A stretch of 64,000 nt of DNA from NCBI GenBank assembly GCA_036785375.1, contig JAWMAR010000035.1, positions 6,138,001 through 6,202,000 on the forward strand, written 5' to 3'. The notes below the pieces were generated by a model. The model saw only the letters and a program-made list of their open reading frames with translations, had not been told where the DNA came from and ran no database searches. Each line of letters opens with the position of its first letter. Positions within the stretch are counted from its first letter, which is position 1. This document shows positions 34,533-47,022 of the stretch, piece by piece. Origin of the DNA: Leucoraja ocellata (lineage: Eukaryota). A program made the position numbers and the translations under genes.

Positions 34533-36178
34533 CAGGTGCACAACCTTTTATCCGAAAGCCTTGGGACCAGACACTTTTCGTAATTCAGAATTATTCGGCT
34601 TTCGGAAGGGAAGTTTTTAGCGTAGATTTTAACGGCTGGCTCAGTGGTAGAGTGCTCGGCTCATATCCGCAAGATCGCGAGTTTGAGTCTTCAATGTAGT
34701 TTTTTCTTGCAGAATAGGAGAGAATAGGGAGGGTTAGGCTGGGATCATTCTCTGCGAGATGATCTTAGTGCGGGAGACAAGTGTTGGAGAGGTGTACTGA
34801 CTGTGTGGGCAGAACTTTGGAAGTGATTGGCCCCATTCTCAAAAGCCGCTGTGTCTCCCTGTCCCTCCAACTCCAGAGGAATCCGCTCCCCGATGGGCCG
34901 CTACGGCGACAAGTGGCAGTGACAGCCGAGCTGCGCCACCCCAAGAACAAGACGTACCTTGCACACCATCAGCTTCTGCGTGTTCCTCTGGAGTTGGAGC
35001 GGGGCTGGGATCTCCGTGCTTGCAGTGGGCCTGGGGGTCGGTGTCCCGAGGAGGGGGCGCAGCTCGGGTTGTGGGCGAACTGCCACGTCGCCGTAGCGGC
35101 CCATCGGGGAGCGGCTTCTGGTGGTCCTGACGTCTCTCAGCTCCTGTCCAGGGGGGTGGCCGGAGACGTCAGGACCAACAGGAACCCGCTCCCCGATGCA
35201 CAGCTACAGCGACAAGTGGCAGTTCGCCCACAGCCCGAGCTGCGCCCCCTCATCCGCAGCCCGGGTTCCTCTGGAGTTGGAGCGGGGCTGGGCTAGAGTT
35301 GCTGCTGGCTGTGAGTCTCTGGGATCTCCGTGCTTGCAGTCGGTGTCCCGTTGGTCCTGACGTCTCCGGCCACCCCCTTGGACAGGAGCTGAGACTGGGA
35401 ACTGTACTGCCCTTGCCCCCTCCCTCTGCAACTGCAAACAACCCCACAGTTCCCAGTCTCAGCTCCTGTACAGGGGGGTGGCCAGAGACGTCACAGCCCG
35501 AGCTGCGCCGCCTCATCCGCAACCCCAAGACCAAGACGTACCTTGCACACCATCAGCTTCTGTCCCTACGGGGAGCGTGTTCCTCTGGAGTTGGAACGGG
35601 GCTGGGCTGCTGCTGGCTGTGGGTCTCTGGGATCTCCGTGCTTGCAGTGGGCCTGGGGGTCGGTGTCCTGTTGGTCCTGACGTCTCCGGTGACTGGCACT
35701 GACCTGCTGGCATCGCCGACGTGAAGACAGTGCAAAGCCCCCGCGCCGGTGCAATGGGCGGGGAGCTGGAGAGGGGAGGGAAGGGGTCACACACATGGCC
35801 GGGAAGCAGAGGGGTGTAGGTGGGGTGAAACTGAAGGGAGCAACAATCTGCTGCTGCCTGCCGCTGAGTTTAAAAGGTTCCCACGCAAGGCTCACGATAC
35901 ACTGTGTATCGTGAGTCTACCGTGCGAACTTTTTAACAGCGGGCAGGCAGCAGCAGATTGTCAATTATTAACCCTCCCGCGCAATATACCCTCACCTTCT
36001 CTTTTATGAATGGGGATTTAGTTCCCCTTTCTTCGAGGACCAACCGGAGGTTCCGCTGTCACCTCTGCGGGCCGCCCTCGGTGAACGTCTTCAAGGACCT
36101 TTCTTCAAGGACCGAAAAAATGTCCGCTATTCGGAGCTTTTCGTTATTTGGAACTTCGGATAAAAGGTCGTGCACTTG
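34533..36178. mobile_element. Non-autonomous pogo/Tigger-like TIR element
   Basis: TA|CAGGTGCACAACCTTTTATCCGAA ... TTCGGATAAAAGGTCGTGCACTTG|TA (24-bp TIR, 2 mismatches). The Rex1 3'UTR is continuous across it. Confidence 0.88.
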
Positions 36179-36419
36179 TATATGGACACACTTATCTGTT
36201 TTGTAGTAAATGCCTACTATGTTCTGTGTGCTGAAGCAAAGCAAGAATTTCATTGTCCTATACAGGGTCACATGACAATAAACTCACTTGAACTAAAAAT
36301 CAATGATTGATTTAAAGAGGCCTTCACTGTTCCTGAAAATCAGCAGAAAAGCAGGCAATGCAGAACAGAATCTAGAAGGGCCAAAAGAGAAAAACATTTG
36401 AAGCAAATCACTGCAATGA

Positions 36420-36692
36420 ATCCATTGGCCCTTTGGCCCACCGGGTCTGCACACACTAGAGATCACACTAACTCTATCCTACACACACTAGGGACAATTT
36501 ACATTTATACCAAGGTAATTAACCTACAAAAACCTGTATGTCTATGGAATGTAGAGGGAAACCGACGATCTCGGAGTAAACCCATGCAGTCAGGGGGAGA
36601 ATGTACAAACTCCATACACACAGCACCCGTCCGGATCGAACCCTCGCCTCTAGTGCTGTAAGGCAGTACCTCTACCGCTGCACCATGCCGCG
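36420..36692 (-). mobile_element. HE1-like V-SINE
   Basis: Reverse complement has a GCGGCATGGTGCAGCGGTAGAG head and GGGTTCGATCC B-box. Confidence 0.8.
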
Positions 36693-36727
36693 CTTAAATG
36701 ATTGAAAAGTTCATGGGAAAATAATAA

Positions 36728-37113
36728 AGCCCCTGTCCCACTTAGGAGACCTAAACAGCAACCTCTGGTGACCTTGCCCGCTACCCAAAAAAAAAATTAA
36801 AAAATCAAGGTCGAGGTGACCTGCAACCTTCTACCACCTCCCACGCATATTGAAAACCTTCCTCGACTATGAAGAAATCCGCCTTCGACTAAAAAATTAT
36901 CGATTTTTAAAACGGCAACCTATTTTTAGTTGAGGCCGGTTTTAAACATGATGAAAAAAACAGCAGCAACCTAGATGAAGCCTTGACCTCGCGGGAACCA
37001 CTTTCGACCATTAGGGAGAGTGACCAAAACTTCCGGTGACCTCATGGAAACCTTGGGGGGCGGGCAAGGACACCAGAGGTTGTTGTTTAGGTCTCCAAAG
37101 TGGGACAGGGGCT
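36728..37113. mobile_element. PIF/Harbinger-type MITE
   Basis: ~54-bp near-perfect TIR AGCCCCTGTCCCACTTAGGAGACCTAAACAGCAACCTCTGGTGACCTTGCCCGC. TAA TSD at 36725-36727 and 37114-37116. Confidence 0.9.
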
Positions 37114-37125
37114 TAAAGGTATTAC

Positions 37126-37922
37126 TTTTTTTTCTTTTTTTAAATTTCAAAATAGACCTTATTCAATTGATAAATATATACAATTCATGAACCATTCGAA
37201 CAAAAAATTCATCCGACATTTTTGGAGACTACAAATTTTTTTCAGTACAATATTTTTACATTTGTCAAATTTCACCAAAACTGTCCCCCACCCATGCCAC
37301 TCTGTGGCCCCTGTCCAAGTAATAAATATATACAATGTGTGCACAGTTCGAAAATTCCATTCGACATTTTTGTAGGTTATAGAGATTGTTCAATACAGTT
37401 TATGTCTTTCAAATTCCACAAAAATGTCCCCCACCCGTGCCACTCATGTGGCCCCCTGGTGTGGGATACCTTCCCTTAATTTAATTTGAGGGGCATCTCC
37501 ACCATACCGTGCCCCCCATGTCCAGAAGCGGAAGGACCCTAGACTGTGGCCCTCCCCCACCAAGCCTTGGCGTTGGCTGCACCAAGCTTCAGCAAGTCCC
37601 TTAGCACGTACTCCTGCAGTCTGCAGTGGGCCAGTCGGCAACATTCCCTGACGGACATCTCAGTCTGCTGGGTGGTGAGCAACGCTCGGGCAGACCAAAG
37701 AGCGTCTTTCACCGAGTTGATGACCCTCCAGCAGCACTCGATGTCAGCCTCTGAATGTGTACCTGGGAACAGTCCGTAAATCACAGAGTTCTCTGTGACG
37801 GAGCTGTTCGGGATAAATCGTTCCAGGGACCCTTTCATACTTCTCCAGACTCTTTTTGCAAATCCACACTCTGCAAAGAGGTGGGCAACCGTCTCCTCTC
37901 CATAGCAGCCATCCCGAGGGCA
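37126..37922 (-). mobile_element. Tx1/L1-clade LINE 3' end
   Basis: CCHC knuckle (CPRDGCYGEETVAHLFAEC), C-terminus VIYGLFPG..KDALWSAR..EYVLRD, internally duplicated 3'UTR, and poly(A). Confidence 0.85.
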
Positions 37923-38339
37923 GCTTTAGAAAAGCAGCCCATTTACAAGAAAAGCAGCCCATTTGGTGAATTTTCAATTCAAGTCACTGAAGTATTTGAA
38001 CTTGAATCATTTCTGCACAAGAAATGCTCATTCCCCCCAATCCATATATTTCCCCCAAATCTTAGAAAGTGGTACATCTAAGGAGACTTTAAAAATCCAA
38101 ATTTGTATGTTTTGAATTAAAAATGAGTGCAAAATTGGTTTCTAAAGTAAATGCCCGATTCTCCCTTTTATATATGCAAGGTCACTGGTGATCTGGTGAG
38201 ATCAGGTGTTTTATTTCTTACCTTGTTAAATACCAGTACCTATTCTAAGTATATTTATACCGCTCCCAAACTTTGTCAACCATTTGTAAACTGCATAGAC
38301 TATATCCGGAATTCCTAACCTGCAGGTTATTGGGGACAT

Positions 38340-38465
38340 GTGTAGGAAGGAACTACAGATGCTGGTTTACACTGAAGATAGACACAAAATGCTAGAGTAA
38401 TTAATTTGGACAGGCAGCATCTCTGGAGCGAAGGAATGTGTGACATTCAGGTCGAGACACTTCAC
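38340..38465 (-). mobile_element. Short Penelope-tail element ending in a decayed hammerhead
   Basis: TGTAGGAAGGAACTACAGATGCTGG...GTGACATTCAGGTCGAGAC. Confidence 0.7.
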
Positions 38466-41321
38466 ATGGGAACTAGTTTTTGATGGCACTGGAGAGATGG
38501 GTGACATGTGAAATAAGTAACATTTTTCAATGTTTCAAATAATACTGAAACATTTTTGGTTGGTCAGAGCCAAATGACCTAGCAAATCCAAGCAATTTGA
38601 TTGCATATGGAATTGATTGTGGCAGAAGGGGAAGAGGTAGGTAGTAGATTTTTTTTAATTGTTTTAACAATAGGAATATAATTTGAATTGTAAACTAGTG
38701 AATTATTTAAAACCAATGACTGAATACACTACTGATTGAATTCCCAAGTTTTACATGTTTGCTTAAAAATGGCAAAACACTACACATTTTAGAGAAGAAA
38801 TATTGTCTTGCAATTGTTTGATTACAATCCATGCAGAGGTTAGGTTGTTAATATTTTCAGCATTTAAAATATCAATATCTTTGTTGAGGTATAAATCAGT
38901 TTGTGTAATTAAAATAAAAAATGTCTCATGAATGCGGTCTTTGGAGGAGATTTAAATTTCCTTGCTTTGGAAATGGGTGTACCACTGAATTTATATGGTG
39001 ATACAATAATTCAAAGGTCCAATCTTCTTTTCAATGTTGTACGTTCTTGTACACAAAAAGCAGCAGCCAATACGCATAGCAACCACAAAGAAAATTACTT
39101 CAAATGACTATCAACAACCAACAGGCAACCGGGTGGGATTTTGGCTCCAGGATTGTCCTAGCTACAAACTTAAGAAAAAGTGGTACTATGAACTTTTGAT
39201 TGAACTATGAACTATAGATTGATGGTGTACAGTTGCTCACAGAAATGTTATTTGTGACATTGTTCCAAGATGCTGAAATCCTGTCTCAGGTTGAAACTAT
39301 TAGAGAGAGATAGGCATTCATCTGGTAGGCTTGTGGAGTGAGAAACAAAAGTCTGGAGGTAAAGCAACAATCTGAAAGAACTACTCAAAAAGATTTTGAT
39401 CTATCATTGGGGAAATTCTAGATTTCATTCTTAAGGTAATAGCAGTTCCTTTAGAAAAGATAGAAGTATAGAAATATACAAAATCCTGTAGAATTATGAG
39501 TGGCATAGATAAGAGTCTATTTCCAAAGGAGTTCATTGTGAGAGGGAGAAAGTTTACGATGAGAGGGGAAACGTTAAAAAGATGCATGGCAAGAAATGTC
39601 TGTTTACACAGTTGTAAATGCCTGGAATGCTTTGCTGGGCAGGTGGTAGAAGCAGACATGATAGCTACTTTTAAAGAGGCATTTAGACAAGAACAGGCAT
39701 GGAACAAGAAGGATACAGACCATGTGTTATCACCGTCAGTGCAGACGTGGTGGCCTGTACTGTACTAGGTTCCAAAAGGTAGAGATGGAATAGTTAGTGT
39801 GTAACTATAGTTGGATGGCACAGTGAACAGACAGCTAAGCATTGCATAGCTTTAATTTGAAAGTGTAATTTCAAATGGACTTGAAAGAAATGCAAGTGCA
39901 ATTGCATTCTCCCATCTCCCCCAAACACTACCAATTCCCATCAAGGATAAGAGATAGAAATGTGGTTAGAAAATAGTTGGTTGTGAAGGAAAGGGAATGT
40001 GATTGTAGATGACCATCGTTATTGCCAATCAGCAATTGAATTAATATCTACTATACACATTACTCATGATGGTGTATGTGATCACTTTTTGCAATGCTAC
40101 TCATTACAGGGTTCAAAGTGGTACACTCGAAAGTCAGAATCTAAATTTACATTCAGCCCAAAACTTTGTGATTCTGGGCAAAGGTTAAAGAGCAACACTC
40201 AATTAGAAACACTTGTATGGACTTCACAGCACCTCAACATAACACATGGAGTTAGAGAAAGGTTACGATTGAGGTTTACTATACAAACAGGATATTAGAT
40301 GAGAAAGAATGAAAGATTATTTCCCTGGCCTACCCCTCTTTGGAACAGAGACCAAACATTTACAAGAACTGAGGGACGGAGAAATTAAATAATGAACAAT
40401 TTAATTCCAAAGGTTAACAAATTCACATCAAGATGTGATGATATGTTGTAAATTAATCAAATTAGGTGTTTTGTAAAGCACGCAGGATCAAATTAACAAT
40501 GCTCTACCACATGGAATTCAACAAAACAAAAATTAGGTAAGTGGATGAAAAATAAAAAAAGGATCAAGGATAAGGCTAGTAAATGGCAGTGTGCTGCAGA
40601 AAGAACAAGCCACAGTCAGTGCACTTTGGGCTGGTAACTATACTAAAGCTGATTTTTATCAAGACTTAAGCGCAATATTTATGATGCGTGTAACTTCTGC
40701 TCAGTTGGTTTACCAATGTTTAAAGATTTTAGAATCTTTGCTAGAAGGTTAGATAATGAAACATTTGGAAATAAAGATAAGGCTGTTAAGTCTGTAACGA
40801 AACACGATTGTGATCAATGCAATCTATTTCTGCTCATTCATCTCCATTTGTCTGCAACGTTCGACAAGCTGACCACTCTGGAAGGTTCCAAGATCTGCAA
40901 GATAAAAACACTACACAAATTGGAACACACTACCTGAGCTGCACTTTTATCTATTCAATCATGACCACAGAAAATCCAGCAATTGCTTCACTTCCTACTC
41001 CCAAACCTCTGGCATTCCCCAGGGATATCTCCTTGACAGTCTTCTTCTCCACTGAATTACATACTACCTGTAGGTAACAGCTGATTTCATTTGCATACGA
41101 TAACATTTAGCTCTACTCCTATCACCAGCTCTTTCGACTGTTCCAGTGTTTCAACTGTCGGAAAGTTTATTCAACATCCAACAATGAACAAACTGATATT
41201 TTTTCAAGCTGAACACTGTATAAAATCATGAGGGGAATAGATAGGGTGAATGCAGAGCTTTTTACCCACCAGGATAAGGGAATCAAGAACCAGAGGAAGG
41301 CGGCGAGAGGGACTCCGAGGG

Positions 41322-41757
41322 CAGGGGCGGAAATCCCGGGGGGGCCAGGGGGGTACACATCCCCCCTCCGTTTTGAGAGGCGGGGGACATCCCCCCCCCC
41401 CAGTTTTTGTAATCCGGATTTTAAAACCCGGTGAAATCTCCGCTTTCCGCGAGACAGTGGGGGTTGGACTGCTGAGCGAGGGCGCCGGTTGGACGAGAGA
41501 GACATTGGTCAGCAGGCAATGGGGGCGGGACATGATGATTCAGCGATCATTGGAGGAGGGAGGAGTGGGGGGGGGGGGGGGTGTCCCGTCAGTCCAGGCA
41601 GGGCTGTAGGTTAACCCGTCGAGACAGGCAGAGTTGAGCTGCATTTGGTGCTGGATTCAGCCTCCGAAGCCTCGCATGAGTGTGCGCATGCACGCGCAGC
41701 CGCCAAAAAAATGTCCCACCAGTCCCCTCCATATTTTGATAGCGATTTCCTTGCCTG
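41322..41757. mobile_element. hAT-like MITE inside an old plus-strand CR1 3' fragment (~41215-41900)
   Basis: Imperfect TIR CAGGGGCGGAAATC / GATTTCCTTGCCTG, with a degenerate 8-bp flank match. CR1 sequence resumes afterwards. Confidence 0.5.
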
Positions 41758-41900
41758 CCCAAGTGGCAATGTTTAAACACAGAGGGTGATTGCCATATGG
41801 AACGAGCTGGTATAGGAGGTAGTTGAGGCAGATACTATAAAAGTATTTAAAAGACACTAGGACAGGTCCATGCCTAGGAAAGGTTTAGAGAGCTATGGGC

Positions 41901-43370
41901 AATAGACAATAAGTGCAGAAGTAGGCCATTCGGCCCTTCCAGCCAGCACCAACATTCAATATGATCATGGCTGATCATCCACAATCAGTACCCTGTTCCT
42001 GCCTTCTCGCCACATCCCCCGACGCCGCTATCCTAAAGAGTTCCATCCAACTCTCTATTGAAAGCATCCAGAGAATTGGCCTCCACTGCCTTCTGAGGAA
42101 GAGAATTCCAGATTCACAACTCTGGGTGAAAAAGTTTTTCCTCATCTCCGTTCTAAATGGCCTACCCACATTCTTAAACTGTGGCCCCTAGTTCTGGATT
42201 CTCCTAACATTGGAAACATGTTTCCTTCCTCTAGCATGTTCAATCCCTTAAATAATCCTATATGTTTCAATAAGATCCCCTCTCATCCTTCTAAATTCCA
42301 GAGTACACAAGCCCAGCCGCCCCATTCTATCAACATATGACAGTCTTGCCATCCCGGGAATTAACCTTGTGAACCTACGCTGCACTCCCTCAATAGCAAG
42401 AATGTCTTTCCTCAAATTTGGAGACCTAAACTGCACACAATACTCCAGGTGTGGTCTCACTCAGGCCCTGTACAACTGCAGAAAGACCTCTTTGCACCTA
42501 TACTCAACTAGTCGTGTTATGAAGGCCAACATGCCATTAGCTTTCTTCACTGCCTACTTCCCCTTTCCCCAACTTGACACCATACAAGTAATAAACTGCC
42601 TTCCTGTTTTAGCCACCAAAGTGGTTAATCTCACATTTATCCACATTAAACTGCACCTGCCATGGATCTGCCCACTCACCCAATCTGTCCAAGTCACCCT
42701 GCATCCTCATAGAATCCTCCTCACAGTTCACACTGCCATCCAGCTTTGTGTGATCTGCAAATTTGCTAATGTTACTATTAATCCCTTCATCTAAATCATT
42801 AATGTATATTGTAAATAGCTGCGGTCCCAGCACCGAGCCTTGCGGTACCCCACTAGTCACTGCCTGCCATTCTGAAAGGGACCCGTTAATTCCTACTCAG
42901 TTTCCTGTCTGCCAACCAATTTTCTATCCATGTCAGTATCCTACCCCCAATACCATGTGCTCCAATTTTGCCAACTAATCTCCTATGTGGGACCTTATCA
43001 AATGCTTTCAGAAAGTCCAGGTACACTATATCCACTGGCTCTCCCTTGTCTATTTTCCTAGTTACATCCTCAAAAATTCCAGAAGATGAGTCAAGCATGA
43101 TTTCCCCATGGTAAATCCATGCTGACTTGGACCAACCCTGTTACTGCTATCCAAATGTGCTGCTATTTCATCTTTTATAATTGACTCCAGCATCTTCCCC
43201 ACCACCGATGTCAGGCTAACTGGTCTATAATTCCCTGTTTTCTCTGCCTTTCTTAAAAAGTGGGATATCATTAGCTACCCTCCAATCCACAGGAACTGAT
43301 CCCGAATCTATAGAACAATATCTATAAAATGGTCACCAATGCATTCACGATTTCTGGACCTACTTCCTTC
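41901..43370 (-). mobile_element. CR1 LINE 3' part with intact tail
   Basis: [36 protein letters not shown] and RPHLEYCVQF motifs. Same subfamily as 1-2318. Confidence 0.93.
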
Positions 43371-44475
43371 CTGGGACTTGGTTGTAAATTGTTGTAAACA
43401 CATGCTGCCTACATTACAATGTGACAAGTCCTGCTCACCAACCATACTTTTGACCTTTTCATCTAGATGGTTCGTTGCTTTCAAGATTTTAAAATTTCAC
43501 CCATCATTCAATCTCAGTTTCTTTCCGATCATAACCCACTGGCATCTGCACCCCTCCAAATTTTCAGTCCTTGAGCACGTGTGAATTTAAGAATTAACCT
43601 CACCTACCATGCCTTTAACTGCCGAATTTCTCAACTTTATTTTCCTTTCCATTATCAAGATGTTCTCAAAAACCTATTTGAACAGGTATTTTTATCATTC
43701 ACCTTTTTATCTTTAGTGCCGTTTCAATTTCTGATAACTTTCTGTAAAGTACCATTCAAAACGCAGTATATAAACTGGCATTCTAAAATAAAGACCTTGT
43801 CCTTAAAGAAATCATATGTTATGGTAGTGTAGTAACTATATTATTGGATTTGTAATTCCATGGCCTGGATAGTTATCTGGATATAACAAATTCATTCTGG
43901 AAAAGCAGCTAGGAAATTTTAAGTCAGTTAAATAAATCTAAAACAGAACTACCATAAAACTGCCAGGATGCTGTAAAAAAACACGATTTGACAGTGTGAT
44001 TAACCAGCAAGGTACTGTTATACTAAAATGCTAATAAGGATTATGTAACATGGACCGAGGAAACATTCAAATATTTGGGCACGTCCAACAAAGCAACAAT
44101 CTTCTTGTCTGCACCTATATTGTGCCAAAGGGGTTCTTTCTGTGCTGCATGACTCTATGAACAGGTATCTAAACTGGAGAGCGACCTCAGAGACTAATCA
44201 AGCATCAGGACTCACAGTGAAGGCATAAAGGGCAAACACAATCATCCTGGAGACAAAATTCCATTATTACACTGAAGAGCCATCACATTATGTTACAGAG
44301 TTAAAAATTGTAATTCATAACAGCATATAGTGGGTCTAAACCAAGATCCCATGGCAATGTTGTAGCCCAAGACTGACTTGAGCGGCAAAATTGAGTTCCA
44401 ATACAACTCATGAGCACGGTGTGGTATTGTTAGTGGCTCATCAAGTCTTGGGACCAACTCTAGCTACTAAACTGT

Positions 44476-44830
44476 TTTTTTTTTTGTTTTTTTTTGTTTC
44501 TTTTATTAGAAGTTAATACAGTACAAAACAGTACAAAACAGTACAGTGGAACCTAATTTTAGGTGCCAACTATGTCATACCATAATCCATTCTATGTACA
44601 ACCTCTAGTTTTATGTTATGAAAAGGAAGTAAGCAAGACAAGAAAAAGAAAACAATAGAAAGAGGAAAAAGTGGAAAAGTAGATGGTAGAGAGTAGAATA
44701 ACATGAGTGTGTATATAAAAAATTAAAAAAAATAAAAATAAAAAGTGGAAAATAGAAATAGAAGAGAAGGCCCCTTAAAAGAGAATTTTTCAAATCTGTA
44801 TTCGGAGATGTAGATCTATCCACGTCATGA
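44476..44830 (-). mobile_element. L1-like 3'UTR with poly(A)
   Basis: T-rich UTR with CTAATAAAA followed by an A-rich tail on the minus strand. Confidence 0.5.
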
Positions 44831-46309
44831 ACGGAAGTAAACTGTTAATAAATAAATAAATAAAATTTAAAAAGATCACATCAGGAATAGCAAGACTCCA
44901 CAATTTCTTTTGACATTCAAGTACACTAGTTACTGCCGAGCTCACGACCACCAACAGCCCAGGGATTATGACTGTCGGAAAATTAAGTTGATTGGCCACA
45001 AAAATACTACACTTGCAAGGGCAGATTAAAAGTTTGCCTTTACCATACTCATGGCACAAGTCAGTTGTGTGACAGAATATTCTCCAATTACATGGATGAT
45101 TGCATTTTCAATCTCAAAGCAATGCATAAAAATAGCAATACCATCCAGTACCTTAAAAGCTTCCACAAACTTCAAAGCACAAAATCATGCTGTAGTGTAC
45201 ATTTATAATGGCACTGAAGCAATCCAACCAGGCATCTGCTACAGCACCTCACGCATCCTTTGTTAGATTTAGAAAACACGAGAATAGTTGAGTAAGGTTT
45301 AATTTATTGTCACCTGTACCGAAGTATAGTGAAAAGCTTTTGTTGCATGATAACCAGTCAGCAGAAAGACAAAACATGATTACAATTGAGCCATCCAGTG
45401 GAGAGATACATGATAAAGGAAATAACATTACTAACTTTTGATGCAGGAATGGATACCCAGCAACTATCCATTCTTGCATCGAAAGTTATTCATGTTACAC
45501 CAAAAATGGCTGTAAAAAAAGTCTGTATTAGCTCTGTGGAAGCACTCTCCATGGACCTGCAAATTCATGTAGGGACTAAAACACAGAACCAGCCCTTTGG
45601 CTTGAGTTTGTGCTGATCACCAATCAGTCATTTGCACCAATCCAATCCCATTTTTTAATTCACCCCTTTAATTTATAAATTACCCTAGAGTCTAATGCTC
45701 ACCTGCAGACTAGGGCCAATTTATAGAGACCAATTAACTCACCTACCTCATAAATCTTTGGGACATGGGTGGAAACTGGAGCACCCGGAGGAAACCCACG
45801 CGGTCAAAGGGAAGCACCCAAGGTCATGATCAAACCTGGGTCCCTTTTTTAATTTGTCTGGGATGTGGGAAGAAATTGGAACAAACGTGATGACTGCGAG
45901 AATTTGCAAACACCACTGTATCCAAGGCCAAGATTAAACCTGGGTCTCTGGTGCAGCAAGGCAGCGACTACTGACTGCTCAACTTTCCTTCCAGATGCAT
46001 ATTCAATTGTAGTATTCCAAATGGAACTGGATGTACCATTGCATTCCAGATTCTATGATTTCCTAGCTCTTAATCCTCCTACATTACAATAATTTTTCTG
46101 CGTCTACGCTCTTCATTATATTTATCCACACAGCTGACGGCCCTTATACACGGAATCCATAGGTAAATCTCTTCTACGCAATCTCCAAAGCTTTCATATC
46201 TTTCCCAAAGTGTGGTTTACAGAACTGAACACATTGTCATCCATGAAATACATCCTTGCTCTTATAAAAGAGAGATCAGGATTCTCACACTTGTAATTAC
46301 TACACTTGT

Positions 46310-47022
46310 TGCTTTACCTCCCCCCTTGACTCCATTCAAGGACCCAAGCAGTCTTTCCAGGTGCAGCAAAGGTTCACCTGCACCTCCTCCAACCTCATCT
46401 ATTGCATCCACTGCTCTAGGTGGCAGCTGCTCTACATTGGTGAGACCAAGTGTAGGCTTGGCGATCGCTTCGGCAAACACCTCTGCTCGGATCGCATTAA
46501 TAATAATAATCTTATTTATATAGCACATTTTTAGTCAACTTGCATTGACCCCAAAGTGCTTCACATAATTACATTACATTTACACACAGGCAAAGGTGGG
46601 TGAAGTGTCTTGCCCCAAGGACACAACGACAGTATGCACTCCAAGCGGGATTCGAACCGGCTACCTTCCGGTCGCCAGCCGAACACTTAGCCCATTGTGC
46701 CATCTGTCGTCCCAGATGGCACAATGAGCATTAACCGACCTGATCTCCCGGTGGCTCAGCACTTAAACTCCCCCTCCCATTCCGAATCCGACCTTTCTGT
46801 CCTGGGCCTTCTCCATGGCCAGAGTGAGGACCACCATAAATTGGAGGAGCAGCACCTCATATTTTGCTTGGGCAGTTTACACCCCAGCGGTATGAACATT
46901 GACCTCTAATTTCAGGTTGTCCCTGCTTTCTCCTTCCCTTCTCAGCTCTCCCTCAGCCCACTGTCTCCGCCTCTTCCTTTCTTCTTCCCACCCTCACATC
47001 AGTCTGAAGAAGGGTCTCGGCC
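46310..47022 (+). mobile_element. Penelope GIY-YIG 3' end interrupted by a SINE
   Basis: FTCTSSNLIYCIHCSRWQLLYIGETKCRLGDRFGKHL then DLPVAQHLNSPSHS...GMNID. Truncated hammerhead CTGAAGA at 47004. Confidence 0.9.
46501..46726 (-). mobile_element. tRNA-derived CORE-like SINE with L2-type tail and 7-bp TSD
   Basis: A-box TGGCACAATGG, perfect B-box GGTTCGAATCC, core GTGTCCTTGGGGCAAGACACTT, (TTA)n tail. GCATTAA is duplicated at 46494-46500 and 46728-46734. Confidence 0.88.

Larger units (their letters stand above)
31937..36295 (+). mobile_element. Rex1/Babar LINE (APE plus RT), 5'-truncated, with a MITE in its 3'UTR
   Basis: ETWL, GGGVC, VYIP and SDH endonuclease motifs. GPDGIPGRVLK, DYRPVALT, DYSSAFNT, GAPQG and KFADD RT motifs. 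Ends TTRFRNSYFPTAIRLLN. The 3'UTR resumes at 36181 and ends ATGACAATAAACTCACTTGAAC. Confidence 0.95.

Noticed and set aside
34781-35895. Cluster of overlapping ORFs
   Set aside because: By-product of GC-rich modular repeats in a MITE; no transposase motifs.
38222-38290. Possible cassette exon with an AAG|GTAAG donor on the minus strand
   Set aside because: Stops in all three frames and a weak acceptor; cannot be supported without RNA data.
46640-46712. tRNA-like sequence with a perfect B-box
   Set aside because: It is a SINE head, followed by core and tail and flanked by a TSD, not a tRNA gene.
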